Shown here: piece by piece, positions 1 through 9,956 of the stretch
How positions within the stretch are numbered: position 1 is the first letter of the stretch
Layout of the letters: every line of letters begins with the position of its first letter
Origin: Planctomycetota bacterium
GTDB lineage: Bacteria; Planctomycetota; GCA-002687715; DRQF01
Direction: 5' to 3'
Assembly (NCBI GenBank): GCA_027001995.1
Contig: JALTLO010000043.1
Span: 1 to 62,895 of the forward strand
DNA: 62,895 bases
Notes under the pieces: model-generated
Told to the model about the DNA's origin: nothing
The model's database searches: none
The model's input: the letters and a program-made list of their open reading frames with translations, nothing else
Program-made: the position numbers and the translations under genes

Positions 1-2
1 TA

Positions 3-1028
3 ACTGAGCAATTCAAGATAATTGGCGGCCTGCGACTTGAGTCGACAAAGTTGGGGATAACGAATAATCCCGACGCGGATGCCACATGGTTTCCGCCGGG
101 TTCATTAGCCCCGACGGCACTCGATGTGGGGGATTCTTCTGCCGATGTTGACTTCGAGCGGAATGATGTCTTGCCTTCGATTGGGTTTGAGTATTCGCCC
201 ATCGACTCCGTTACCTTCCGCGGATCGTTTAACAAGACAATCGCCCGCCAAACGTTTAGAGAGTTGTCGCCCATCTTGCAGCAAGAATTTCTTGGTGGTC
301 CAATCTTTATCGGCAATCCGAATCTGGGAATGAGCACGATCAACAATTATGACCTGCGCCTCGACTACCGACCCTATGAAGGAGGCCTTATCTCCTTCTC
401 CTGGTTCCGAAAGGACTTGATCGACCCTATCGAATTTGTCCAAAGAGTTGGTCTGTTTAACTTCACTACCGCCGTCAATTATCCCGAAGGAACCTTGACT
501 GGCGTGGAGTTGGAAACGCGGCATGATCTCGGTCAAATCTGGGAATCACTGGATGGCCTAAGCGTCGGGGCGAATGCCACATTCATCCATGCCCGCGTCA
601 AACTTCCTCAAGATGAAATTGACGCATTTGCGGATCCGGGAATCGGGTTGGACATTCGTTCAAGAGACATGACGAACGCGCCGGAATACTTGATTAATTT
701 CAATATCACTTATGACCAACCGGATTGGGGATCCAAATTCTCCCTCTTCTATAATATCCAAGGCGACACGCTTATTACCGGGGCAGGTGCTAACGATGGC
801 AACTTCATTCCAGATGTCTACCAAACAAGGTTTGGCACCCTCAATTTCAGCTACTCTCAAGAATTGACAGAAGGTCTTTCGCTGAAGATCGGCGTCAAGA
901 ACATTACCAATGAAAAGCGGCAAACGGTTTACCGTTCCGACTTTGTGCCTGGGGGCGACAGCCTGAAAACCAGTGGCACGCGGGGAGTGGAGTTCACTTT
1001 CACGCTAAGTGGGGTGATTCGGTTCTGA
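3..1028 (+). CDS. TonB-dependent outer-membrane receptor, C-terminal barrel part (5' end lies outside the window)
   Basis: Frame is open from base 3 (TEQFKIIGGLRLESTKL...). TBDR barrel motifs: IARQTFRELSP, GNPNL, NYDLRLDY, GVELE, VKNITN. Ends in terminal Phe (GVIRF). Directly upstream of a TonB operon. Confidence 0.92.
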   Translation, partial: TEQFKIIGGLRLESTKLGITNNPDADATWFPPGSLAPTALDVGDSSADVDFERNDVLPSIGFEYSPIDSVTFRGSFNKTIARQTFRELSPILQQEFLGGPIFIGNPNLGMSTINNYDLRLDYRPYEGGLISFSWFRKDLIDPIEFVQRVGLFNFTTAVNYPEGTLTGVELETRHDLGQIWESLDGLSVGANATFIHARVKLPQDEIDAFADPGIGLDIRSRDMTNAPEYLINFNITYDQPDWGSKFSLFYNIQGDTLITGAGANDGNFIPDVYQTRFGTLNFSYSQELTEGLSLKIGVKNITNEKRQTVYRSDFVPGGDSLKTSGTRGVEFTFTLSGVIRF

Positions 1029-1132
1029 TTTCCAGAAGACACAGTCACTTCACAGGGAATTCATTTTCCCATGTGATGATGTCTCCAAGATCGCAGTTCC
1101 GCTTCACATTTCAAAAGAACCAGAGAACAAAT

Positions 1133-1930
1133 ATGGCTCGAATTCGAAATAAAAAATCTTGGCATACAATGATGGGGGTCGTTGTCACCACGGTTCTCTT
1201 CTCGCAATCAGTTTTGGCTCAGCAAGCGCCTGAACAGGAAGTGGAGAATACCCGGGCATTGCTCGGAAAATGGGTCGAAACGAGACGCCTAATTTCCCAA
1301 GAGAAGCAAGATTGGGCCCTTGGTCAGGAGGTCCTCAGAGACAGGATTGAACTGATTCAACAGGAGATTGATTCCTTCAACGAGCGCATCGATACAGCCA
1401 AGAAGAGCCTCTCGGCGCTGGACGCAAAGAAAACTGAAATGGCTGGCGAACTCAAAGATCTTGAAGAATCAAGCAATGTTCTGGCTCACTCGATTGAGCC
1501 TCTCGAACACAGGGTCAGCGCTCTGCTTAGTCGCGTCCCTGCACCGCTGCTTGAGCGTGTAGAACCTCTAAGGAGGAGGTTTCCCCAGCCACAAGATAAG
1601 GACATCAAGACATCGCTAAGTGAGAGATTTCAGAATGTCATTGGAGTGCTGAATGCTGCCAATAAGTTCAACAGTGAAATCAATGTCGCTAGCGAGGTCC
1701 GCGATTTGGGTAACGGTCAGATCGCAGAAGTGACATCCCTCTATATCGGAATTGCTCAAGGATACTATGCAAATAGTTCGGGCACAGCGGGAGGCGTCGG
1801 TTCACCCTCCATGGACAAGTGGGTCTGGCACCCACAGAACAGTGCTGCCAGCAAAATATCGAAGGCCATCAAGATCCTGAACAACGAAGAGGTCGCTGGC
1901 TATGTCTTGCTGCCTTTAGAAATCAAATAG
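1133..1930 (+). CDS. DUF3450/TtpB-like periplasmic coiled-coil protein
   Basis: Signal peptide (SVLA|QQAP), long coiled coil, SERFQNVIG, LYIGIAQGYY, C-terminal VLLPL. Sits ahead of the long ExbB. Start placed at ATG 1133 rather than GTG 1073. Confidence 0.75.
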   Translation: MARIRNKKSWHTMMGVVVTTVLFSQSVLAQQAPEQEVENTRALLGKWVETRRLISQEKQDWALGQEVLRDRIELIQQEIDSFNERIDTAKKSLSALDAKKTEMAGELKDLEESSNVLAHSIEPLEHRVSALLSRVPAPLLERVEPLRRRFPQPQDKDIKTSLSERFQNVIGVLNAANKFNSEINVASEVRDLGNGQIAEVTSLYIGIAQGYYANSSGTAGGVGSPSMDKWVWHPQNSAASKISKAIKILNNEEVAGYVLLPLEIK

Positions 1931-1942
1931 AGAGGCCGAAGA

Positions 1943-3466
1943 ATGAAACACATACATTTCATCACGATATTACTGGTATTTTGCTTCTCCGGACTTGGGC
2001 TGTCACAGAACAAAGTTGGCGGCAAATTTGGCTCGGCCAAGAGCGATATCGAAACTCAGCTGAAGGAGAGCATGACGGAGCTTAGCAGCCTTCGAGAGGC
2101 GATCTTTGCTGAGAAAGTGCCGCTGAGCAAGAAACTGGCCAAGCTTGAAGCAAGCCTGAGCCAAGTGCGTCAGAAGTACCAAGATACCACTCGTGATCTC
2201 GACGGGCGAAATATAGACCTGAGTAATCTACGCCGCAAAATCAAGAACAAGAAAGACCAAGCTCATTATCTGTCGAATCTTCTTGCCGACTATATGCGAG
2301 GCTTCGAGGCTAAGCTTCACATCTCAGAGTTGAAGCGATTCGAAATTGATCTGGAGTCGGCAAAGAACGCCCTCGAAGACGACGGGATGGAGAAGAATCG
2401 TCTCTACTTGTCCCAGATTGGACTGGTCAACCTGTCTCTAACTCGATTAGAGGGAGCTCTCGGTGGCGACATCTTCGAAGGCACGGCGGTTGATGAGAAT
2501 GGTGTTGTTGCCCAAGGCACATTTGCAGTGCTCGGTCCAATTGCCATCTTTAGATCCCATGACGGATCTGTGGTGGGCTGGTCTGATCAGAAACTCGGGT
2601 CTTTGGAACCGTCCGCCGTACCATTCTCGAACACGGCTGATTCTGAGGCCGCAGCCAATCTCCTCTTGTCTAAGGCTGGCGAAATCCCACTCGACCCGAC
2701 GATGGGCAATGCACACAAAATCGAAAGCACACAGGAAACTTTTCTTGAGCATGTCAAGAAGGGTGGCACTGTCATGTACCCGATCTTCGGGATGGCATCC
2801 ATCGCACTTCTCATTGCCATTTACAAATGGCTTTCATTCTTGTTCCTCAGGAAGCCGTCGAAAAAACGCTTGAATCTCCTTCTTGATACCGTTGCCGCAG
2901 GGGACTTTCCACAAGCCGTTGAGCAAGCTGGCAAACTGAAAGGCCCAGTGGGTCGCATGTTAGCTGCAGGCACCAAATACTTGGATGAACCCCGGGAGTT
3001 GATTGAAGAGGTCATGTATGAATCCGTTCTTACGACAGAATCCAAGCTACAGAGTTTGCTGCCATTCTTGGCTGTCTGCGCCGCCTCGGCTCCCCTATTG
3101 GGGCTCTTGGGCACAGTCACGGGTATCATCAACACATTCAAGATGATTACCGTCTTTGGCTCTGGCGACGTCAAGAGTCTATCCGGCGGCATATCGGAGG
3201 CACTGATCACGACGAAATTCGGCCTTATCGTGGCGATTCCGTCTCTCCTGTTGCACGCTTTTCTCTCCAGAAAAGCCAAGCGTGTCGTGACGCAGATGGA
3301 GACAGCCGGAGTAGCGTTCATCAATAGAGTTGGCCTTGGGAAGACCTCCGAGCCTGCGACCGATACCAATGTGCAATTGGTGAAGGAACAGGTGAATGAG
3401 GTTCTGAGCTCCATTGTGGGGTCAAGTTCAGCTACGGAATCAGAACTTTCTCAATCGGGAAATTAG
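1943..3466 (+). CDS. Long MotA/TolQ/ExbB proton-channel protein with N-terminal periplasmic extension (TtpC-like)
   Basis: Signal peptide and coiled coil, then an ExbB domain: APLLGLLGTVTGIINTF, GGISEALITTKFGLIVAIP. Confidence 0.9.
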   Translation: MKHIHFITILLVFCFSGLGLSQNKVGGKFGSAKSDIETQLKESMTELSSLREAIFAEKVPLSKKLAKLEASLSQVRQKYQDTTRDLDGRNIDLSNLRRKIKNKKDQAHYLSNLLADYMRGFEAKLHISELKRFEIDLESAKNALEDDGMEKNRLYLSQIGLVNLSLTRLEGALGGDIFEGTAVDENGVVAQGTFAVLGPIAIFRSHDGSVVGWSDQKLGSLEPSAVPFSNTADSEAAANLLLSKAGEIPLDPTMGNAHKIESTQETFLEHVKKGGTVMYPIFGMASIALLIAIYKWLSFLFLRKPSKKRLNLLLDTVAAGDFPQAVEQAGKLKGPVGRMLAAGTKYLDEPRELIEEVMYESVLTTESKLQSLLPFLAVCAASAPLLGLLGTVTGIINTFKMITVFGSGDVKSLSGGISEALITTKFGLIVAIPSLLLHAFLSRKAKRVVTQMETAGVAFINRVGLGKTSEPATDTNVQLVKEQVNEVLSSIVGSSSATESELSQSGN

Positions 3467-4240
3467 GTGAGAGTTAAACCAATGGCGCAAGCAATAGATG
3501 CGGCAAAAGGTCACCTTGTGGAAGTGTGGGACCAAGCCCTGGTTATTTGGGCTACGGGCGGATGGGCGATGATTGCCATCGCTGTCATCTCGCTCTTCTT
3601 GTCCGCCATGGGATTTCACATCTGGCTCAAGTTGCGTAAGGAGACGTTTCGCAACGTGCCAGAAAAGACCTGGCGTGGTTGGATTGATCGTCCCGAGAGA
3701 AGAACTGGCCGCCTGGGAGATCTTCTCAATTTCGTGCTGAGTGGCAAGTCGATAAAAGAAGTGAGCGAGCACTTTGGGCAACTGAGTGACTCCAAGGGAG
3801 CCTCTTTCGAACGTGACCTCAAGGTCATGAAGATTTGTGTGAGCGCCGCACCGCTGGTGGGACTTCTCGGAACAGTGACAGGTATGCTTTCGACATTCAG
3901 CGCGCTGTCAACCGGCTCTGGAGGGGACCAAACAATGGGTATGATTGCCGCGGGCATCTCCGAGGCCCTCATCACCACGGAAACCGGCCTAGTCATTGCT
4001 CTCCCGGGTTTGTTCTTCCATCATTTCTTGGAACGGAAATATGATGACTACCGCCTGTTCTTAGCTCATCTGGAGACGGTGTGCAGTCAGGCGCTTCATC
4101 GCAGGACGCGGACTGTGGCGAAAAAGCAAATCTCCGCATTGCAAGAACTCGGGACGAAACTGCGGCGACGTTTCCCCAAGCAAACAGCCAGTTGGCAACT
4201 CGGAACCCGAGATGCTGAGTTGACAAATTCTAAAGATTGA
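3467..4240 (+). CDS. exbB: MotA/TolQ/ExbB proton-channel protein
   Basis: APLVGLLGTVTGMLSTF and GISEALITTETGLVIALP. Start is GTG 3467 or ATG 3482. Confidence 0.9.
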   Translation: MRVKPMAQAIDAAKGHLVEVWDQALVIWATGGWAMIAIAVISLFLSAMGFHIWLKLRKETFRNVPEKTWRGWIDRPERRTGRLGDLLNFVLSGKSIKEVSEHFGQLSDSKGASFERDLKVMKICVSAAPLVGLLGTVTGMLSTFSALSTGSGGDQTMGMIAAGISEALITTETGLVIALPGLFFHHFLERKYDDYRLFLAHLETVCSQALHRRTRTVAKKQISALQELGTKLRRRFPKQTASWQLGTRDAELTNSKD

Positions 4241-4255
4241 TCACGGAGATCTCCG

Positions 4256-4669
4256 ATGGGAAAATTTCGACAAGCACGAAGAGATGATGGCGGAGGAAGT
4301 GATATCGATATGTCACCCCTCATTGACTGTGTGTTTATTCTTCTGATCTTCTTCATCGTGACCACGGTCTTCGTTGAGGAAACTGGGGTTACTGTCGACA
4401 AACCGCAAGCAGCCTCATCCTCTCAACTCGAGAAGACAAGCATTCTCTTGGCTCTCACTAAAAATGGGGAAGTGGTCTATGGCGGCCGAGAACTTGGAAT
4501 CAACAATGTTCGGGCGCTGGTCAAACGGCTGCTTCAGAAAGAGGAAATCCCTGTGATCATCCAGGCCGATAAGGACGCTCCTTCCGGGCTCTTGGTGCGT
4601 GTGATTGACCAGGCCAAGTTGGGTGGGGCTGCAAAAGTCAGCCTTGCCACGAGTCAGGTTCGAAGCTGA
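4256..4669 (+). CDS. exbD: Biopolymer transporter ExbD
   Basis: DMSPLIDCVFILLIFFIVTT transmembrane motif with the essential Asp; IIQADKDA and VIDQAKLGG; GGAG RBS. Confidence 0.95.
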   Translation: MGKFRQARRDDGGGSDIDMSPLIDCVFILLIFFIVTTVFVEETGVTVDKPQAASSSQLEKTSILLALTKNGEVVYGGRELGINNVRALVKRLLQKEEIPVIIQADKDAPSGLLVRVIDQAKLGGAAKVSLATSQVRS

Positions 4670-5355
4670 TGGAGCCTGAAAGCAGAAATCGAGGCCGACG
4701 CTTCCTTGCTGGGGTGCTCCACAATGTGTTCGTTATTGGGGGCGCTGTGGTCTTCACGACGGGCTTATTCTTTGTCTTGCCCCTCATTCAAGCGATTGCC
4801 GATGGCCCGGTTGCCGACACGGTGGTACGCGAAATCGATAGTGGCAAGTTGCCGCCTCCACCACCGACCATCGAAGAAGAACCAGAGCCAGAAGTTGAAA
4901 AGGAAGAGGCGCCTCCGGAACTTATCGAGGACGTCCAACCCCTTGACCTGGCCCAGTTGGAGTTGGCCTTAGGACCTCAAGGCATGGGGGGCGGTGTACT
5001 TTCCGGCGATTTTGGCCTCAAACTCAAGACAGTCGGCACGTCAGCAAAAGATGTCGACGCGCTATTCTCCATGTCGGACCTCGATCAAAGGCCACGTCCG
5101 GTTTACCAGCCGGGTCCCGTGATGACCAATAAGATTCGACGGAAGGCACCAGGAACTGTTCATATCCTCTTTGTGGTCGATCAAAGAGGGCGCGTCCAGA
5201 ATGCGAAGATCCAAAAATCTTCGAATCCAGTTTTCAATCGGGCGGCCTTGGCCGCCATCAAGAAATGGAAGTTTGAACCCGGAAAGCGCAAGGGCAAGGC
5301 CGTTCGGTTTCGCATGCGTGTTCCAATCACATTTCCCGAAGGACTACAAAAATGA
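4669..5355 (+). CDS. tonB: Energy transducer TonB
   Basis: N-terminal TM anchor, Pro/Glu-rich linker (PPPPPTIEEEPEPE), TonB_C domain (FVVDQRGRV...AALAAIKKWKFEPG). Start overlaps the exbD stop. Confidence 0.92.
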   Translation: MEPESRNRGRRFLAGVLHNVFVIGGAVVFTTGLFFVLPLIQAIADGPVADTVVREIDSGKLPPPPPTIEEEPEPEVEKEEAPPELIEDVQPLDLAQLELALGPQGMGGGVLSGDFGLKLKTVGTSAKDVDALFSMSDLDQRPRPVYQPGPVMTNKIRRKAPGTVHILFVVDQRGRVQNAKIQKSSNPVFNRAALAAIKKWKFEPGKRKGKAVRFRMRVPITFPEGLQK

Positions 5356-6764
5356 AGAAGTTACCCGTCATATCCCTTGTGTCGATGTTCTGCGCAATTT
5401 TCGCCTCTTGCCTCTTGGGAGCGGGGCAAACGATTCGCTTGGGCAAGACTGACAACTTGCGTCAGGAGAACTTGGCGCAATCTCTGTCCGTATGGCGTGA
5501 TCCTGTCTTTCAGAAGCGTTTTGCCGAGAGTTACATGGCAGAGACTGAAATTGAGCCAGTGGTGACCACCAACGAGCGCGATGTCATGCTCAAAGTCTTG
5601 GAGTTAATAAGCCAAGAGAAAATGGGACTGGCCTTGGAGCTATTGGGAGAACAAAAAGGAGAGCACACGAACGCTGTCTTTGATTTCACCGCTGCAAATA
5701 TTCATTTCCAAAACGAAAGACTCGATGCCGCAGTAAGCAGCTACAAGATCGCCGTCGCCAAGTACCCAAGATTTCGCCGGGCATGGAAGAATCTGGCGAT
5801 GATCCGTGTGCGCCAGAATGACTTCAAGAATGCACTGCCAGCATTGACTCAGGTGATCTCCTTGGGGGGGAGCGATGCCATCACCTATGGCCTCTTGGGC
5901 TTTTGTTACGCCAACGTCGGTAACGACATCGCCGCGGAGTCTGCTTTTCGCATGGCTAATCTCTTGTCACCTGAGACGATGGACTGGAAAATGGGAATGG
6001 CGCGAAGCTTCTTCAAGCAAGGCCGGTTCGCAGATGCTTCTTCGTTGTGCCGTACTTTGATCAAAGACAACCCGGAACAAGCAGATTTGTGGTTGCTATT
6101 GGCAAATGCCCACGTCGGCCTTCAGAAACCCCTGAAAGCGGCTGAGGACCTGGAGATTATCAAGAGATTGGGGAAAGCCACGCCGGCGAGTCTCAATCTA
6201 TTGGGCGACATCTATGTCAATGAAGAGTTGTATTCCCTCGCTGTGACTTCCTATTTGGCTGCATTAGATCAAGACAAGAACTCTAAGCCGAATCGGGTCA
6301 TACGCGCGGCCAAAGTGCTTGCTGCTCGATCTGCACTCGGTGAAGCCGCTGAACTCATAGCTCAAATTGACATGCGGTATGGCGCACGGCTTTCGAAAGC
6401 TGAGCAAAAGGACCTCCTCAAGATTCGTGCTCGTATTGCCGTCGCAAACGGAAGCAGTGGGGATGAAGTCGCCGTCCTGCAAGCAATTATTGAGCTTGAT
6501 CCCCTCGACGGCGAAGCCCTCATCCTCCTCGGAAAACATCATGCTCGTACGGAGAACCCAGAGAAGGCCATATTTTTCTATGAGCGTGCCGCCAATCTAG
6601 AGAAGTTCGAGGCCGATGCCAAAGTCTTCCAGGCGCAAGTCTTGGTTGGCCAGGGAAAATACAACACCGCATTGCCACTGCTGAGACGAGCTCAGGTGAT
6701 CAAACCCCGAGAGAACATTCGCAAGTACATGGAGCAGGTGGAACGGATTGCCAAGAAGCGTTGA
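5352..6764 (+). CDS. Periplasmic TPR protein (TtpD-like)
   Basis: Signal peptide and multiple TPR-like helical repeats. ATGA overlap with tonB; last gene of the operon. Confidence 0.85.
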   Translation: MKKLPVISLVSMFCAIFASCLLGAGQTIRLGKTDNLRQENLAQSLSVWRDPVFQKRFAESYMAETEIEPVVTTNERDVMLKVLELISQEKMGLALELLGEQKGEHTNAVFDFTAANIHFQNERLDAAVSSYKIAVAKYPRFRRAWKNLAMIRVRQNDFKNALPALTQVISLGGSDAITYGLLGFCYANVGNDIAAESAFRMANLLSPETMDWKMGMARSFFKQGRFADASSLCRTLIKDNPEQADLWLLLANAHVGLQKPLKAAEDLEIIKRLGKATPASLNLLGDIYVNEELYSLAVTSYLAALDQDKNSKPNRVIRAAKVLAARSALGEAAELIAQIDMRYGARLSKAEQKDLLKIRARIAVANGSSGDEVAVLQAIIELDPLDGEALILLGKHHARTENPEKAIFFYERAANLEKFEADAKVFQAQVLVGQGKYNTALPLLRRAQVIKPRENIRKYMEQVERIAKKR

Positions 6765-7078
6765 ATCGAATTGGCTGGCGTCAGGCATGGAGTACCAAGC
6801 TCGGGGTGATCAGCCCTCTTTTTGCCAAACCCGTCAAATCATTCCCTGAATTCGCCCGCTAAATTCACCAACACGCCCAAGAACAAAAGGGCTACCGATC
6901 CGTGGTAAGTGCCGAAGAATTGAACAAGAAGATCCAATAAGGAAACAGGCATAGAGGATTTTTCTTGAGTAAGTCTTTTTCATAGTGCACGGATGCAAAT
7001 TTGGAATCCAAAAAGAAGTCCGCGCTCAGTCGCTCGGAAGCGACTTGAACGTTTCGCCCTTCTTCCGGAGGCACCGTA

Positions 7079-9709
7079 CTACTCGTCGAAATCTTCAACA
7101 GCCTTTTTCACAGAATCTGGGTCGATGGTGACCGAGAATGTCTGAATGGCATCTTGATCAAGTACTTGAATTTTCCGTGCTTTGATTCTCAGCCCGGAAT
7201 ATCGAGCACTGCCGTTTTTTTCTGTGCGCCCAAGCATCGCTGTGACGATGTAAGTGCCGGGATTGCTCACTAAGATCAGGTCATCTACACGTTGTTGTCG
7301 TTGGCTGAATGCCCCATGGTGGATGGCTCCGTTCTTCAATCGGATTAGATCGATTGCCAAGTCAAGGTGCTTGGGCAGGATGTCTGTGTTGGTGACTTTG
7401 ATCTTGACGGGGATGCCCTTTTTCATGCGGATGTCAACTTGGCCTCCGACTACGTCCTCGATCAGAAGATCGCGGTAACCGCCACAAGACACGTAGAGGT
7501 CACAAGGAACCTCCGGCAAGAATGTCGTTTTCTTTGCATCTCTCCACATGCTTATGCGGGCGATGAGTTCTTCTGTTCCCGGACGACGGACGGCAACCTC
7601 AACACGAGGGACCTCTCCCAACAGCCCCCGGCGCGACATGCCTCTCAGCTTTGGTTCTAATAGGTTGAGGGTGACGGTGTTCCCTTTTGTCTTGAGGATG
7701 ACCTCGCCTAGGTCCACCGTGCCAGCGGAAATGATTTCGATTGACTTCTTTGAGTAGAGTAGGCCCTGGGGAGAATTCTTGAGCGAGATCTTGAGGTCGT
7801 AGGCCCCCGGCTCCAAGCGTTCAGCCCTGAGTGCACCGTCTTTTTCGAGGTTGAAGCGTCTTCTGTTTTCGTCATCCCCTTTCAATTCGATTTGCAGGTC
7901 GGCCTCCGTCAACGAACCCGGAAGAATGACATGGGCTTTGAGAGTGCCGCCTTTTCTGAGGAGAACGCGAATGCCCTCTTGTCCTTGGTGCGCTCTGACT
8001 GTTTCCCTGAGAAATTTGGGGGCGCCATCTACTTGCAGGATAAATTCGCCGTCAGTGCAGGTTCCATAGACGGCGAATTCTCCTTTGCGATTCGACTTGA
8101 CGTAACCTGCGATTTCGCTCGACCATCCTTGAAAACCTCCAGGCCGATTTGGCATGGGCTGAATGCCGAAGTGAGCGCCAGCGATCAAATTGCCATCGGC
8201 ATCCTCGACCGTGCCAGACACGAGCAGGGGCACTTCTTTCAAAGTGATATTACCAAGGTCGGTGCTCGGCAAGAGGCCTTGGCTCGTCCCTAAAGTTCTC
8301 TTGGCAGATGCAGCTCGGGTCGATCTTGTGGCCTCCAACTTTAGGGTGATGAATCTCTCATCTGCGACTGACTTATATTTCGTCTTGAGAGGGATTTTGA
8401 AGAAGCCTTTGGCGTCTGTTCTTGCGCGTCCGGAATCGCTTCCTCTCGAGCCTCTTGAACTGCTCACGATCTTAGTGCGCACCGTTTTGTTGGCTATAGG
8501 TTTTCCAGCCGAGTCGATGAGCCGACCTGAAAGCATGGGGAGGGTGTCGGCGAACTGAAGTGTGACTTCTAAAGTCTCTCCAGGAGCTGTGGGACCAATG
8601 ATATTCTTGGTGAACGGTTTGAGGGTGGAGTTCCCGATAGACTCCACCTGAAAATCAAGGTTGAGGTTGCACTGAACCAAGGGGATTGCGACTTCCCCAC
8701 GAGTCGTGGTCTGCCAATATACGGGGGGGCTCATCCCTGGCATGGACTTATTCTCCAACGGGTCTGGGATGGAGACGGATAAACCGCATGGGGTGTTCAT
8801 GGGATTGCCATCGGGACCTGTGATGTGCACCAAGATGGAGGCGACCTCACCGACTTCAATGTCGATTATGCCTTTGGGTAGGGTGTTTAGGTCGAAGGCC
8901 GCCATGGGTTTTTCTTTGAAAACACCCTCGACACCCACATAGATTTTCGATGGTTTCCTCACTTCCCCCAAAATAGCCTTCATGACATTGAGGGTTGCGA
9001 TGCCATCATCATTGGTTGTGGCTTTGAAGATAGGACGATTTCGCGGTGGCCCCCCACGGCGTCCCGGGCTTTGTCTGCCCAATTCCACGGCGATGCCAGG
9101 GATCTCTCGCGCCTCCGGATTTTTGATACGTGCTTGCAGTCGAAGAATAGGCTGCATCACGATCTTGATGGGGCCGAAGTCATCCTTGCTCCCCTGGACA
9201 TAGGCGAAGTTTGTGTCTGTATAGGCGGCGATCATCGCTCTTGACTCGAGGGTCGGGATGCGCAAAGTGCCACTGGGAGGTACTCGATATTTCTTGCCAT
9301 ACTTGGAAAGAAAAGCGATGAGGTCGCTGCGGATGTCTTCTCGAGCTCCTGCCTGGTTCTCGATTGCTTCGAAGGACACCACCGTGACCATGCCCCCTTC
9401 GATGGGGGCTTCAGAGTTCTCCACCGTCACCTCAACCAAAACACTATTTTCTTTGGTCAGGTTCTCAGTCGATTCGAATTGAACTTCGGAGACTTGGGCT
9501 TCCTTGGGTTCACCTTGGGTGACCTGCTCGCGGGGCCGTGCCTCAGGAATCTTGCTGCTACGCTCGGCGTTGACTCGTGGAGTATCCTCCATGTTGTCCA
9601 CAGTGATGTTGTCCAACTCAGTGGATTCGCTGGCGTTGGACCAAAACCAGCCAACGATGGCGACTGCCAACAGAATTGCCAAGCCAGCGATCAGGTTCTT
9701 AGGTGTCAT
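7079..9709 (-). CDS. Membrane-anchored protein with carboxypeptidase-regulatory-like (beta-sandwich) repeats
   Basis: N-terminal TM (LIAGLAILLAVAIVGWFW), low-complexity linker, repeated units such as LSGRLIDSAGKPIAN, RTDAKGFF, VSGTVEDADGNLIAGA, SNRKGEF. Confidence 0.8.
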   Translation of the reverse strand: MTPKNLIAGLAILLAVAIVGWFWSNASESTELDNITVDNMEDTPRVNAERSSKIPEARPREQVTQGEPKEAQVSEVQFESTENLTKENSVLVEVTVENSEAPIEGGMVTVVSFEAIENQAGAREDIRSDLIAFLSKYGKKYRVPPSGTLRIPTLESRAMIAAYTDTNFAYVQGSKDDFGPIKIVMQPILRLQARIKNPEAREIPGIAVELGRQSPGRRGGPPRNRPIFKATTNDDGIATLNVMKAILGEVRKPSKIYVGVEGVFKEKPMAAFDLNTLPKGIIDIEVGEVASILVHITGPDGNPMNTPCGLSVSIPDPLENKSMPGMSPPVYWQTTTRGEVAIPLVQCNLNLDFQVESIGNSTLKPFTKNIIGPTAPGETLEVTLQFADTLPMLSGRLIDSAGKPIANKTVRTKIVSSSRGSRGSDSGRARTDAKGFFKIPLKTKYKSVADERFITLKLEATRSTRAASAKRTLGTSQGLLPSTDLGNITLKEVPLLVSGTVEDADGNLIAGAHFGIQPMPNRPGGFQGWSSEIAGYVKSNRKGEFAVYGTCTDGEFILQVDGAPKFLRETVRAHQGQEGIRVLLRKGGTLKAHVILPGSLTEADLQIELKGDDENRRRFNLEKDGALRAERLEPGAYDLKISLKNSPQGLLYSKKSIEIISAGTVDLGEVILKTKGNTVTLNLLEPKLRGMSRRGLLGEVPRVEVAVRRPGTEELIARISMWRDAKKTTFLPEVPCDLYVSCGGYRDLLIEDVVGGQVDIRMKKGIPVKIKVTNTDILPKHLDLAIDLIRLKNGAIHHGAFSQRQQRVDDLILVSNPGTYIVTAMLGRTEKNGSARYSGLRIKARKIQVLDQDAIQTFSVTIDPDSVKKAVEDFDE

Positions 9710-9956
9710 TGGTCTTGCACTTTCTGGTGAATGAAAGGAGGAAGATGTGGATTGGCCTGCTCATTGTGGGATTCTCATTGTCTGTCGAAGGTCGCCTCTT
9801 TGAGCCCCTATTCTGCATATTGGCTCAATATTTGTCCAGGGGCCATTTCCTTCAGTCTCGATCCTTGGAGAAATCCAGGGGGGATTTGACCTGGAGGCCA
9901 TAAATCGGAATGATCTTGCCTGAGGACGAACCTCTGGAGCGCTATCAGGGGCAGAA

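Noticed and set aside
3464..3469. Two ExbB genes in the same frame separated by a single TAG (TAG-GTG), suggesting readthrough or TAG reassignment
   Set aside because: Each is a complete ExbB-type protein. TAG ends pstB (SGRFG*), gpsA and korB at their expected C-termini, so TAG is a normal stop in this genome.
6765..7078. Convergent intergenic gap with a weak GGGGTGATCAGCCC-TCTTTTT hairpin and a 68-aa ORF
   Set aside because: The stem is too weak to call a terminator confidently, and the ORF lacks an RBS or motifs.
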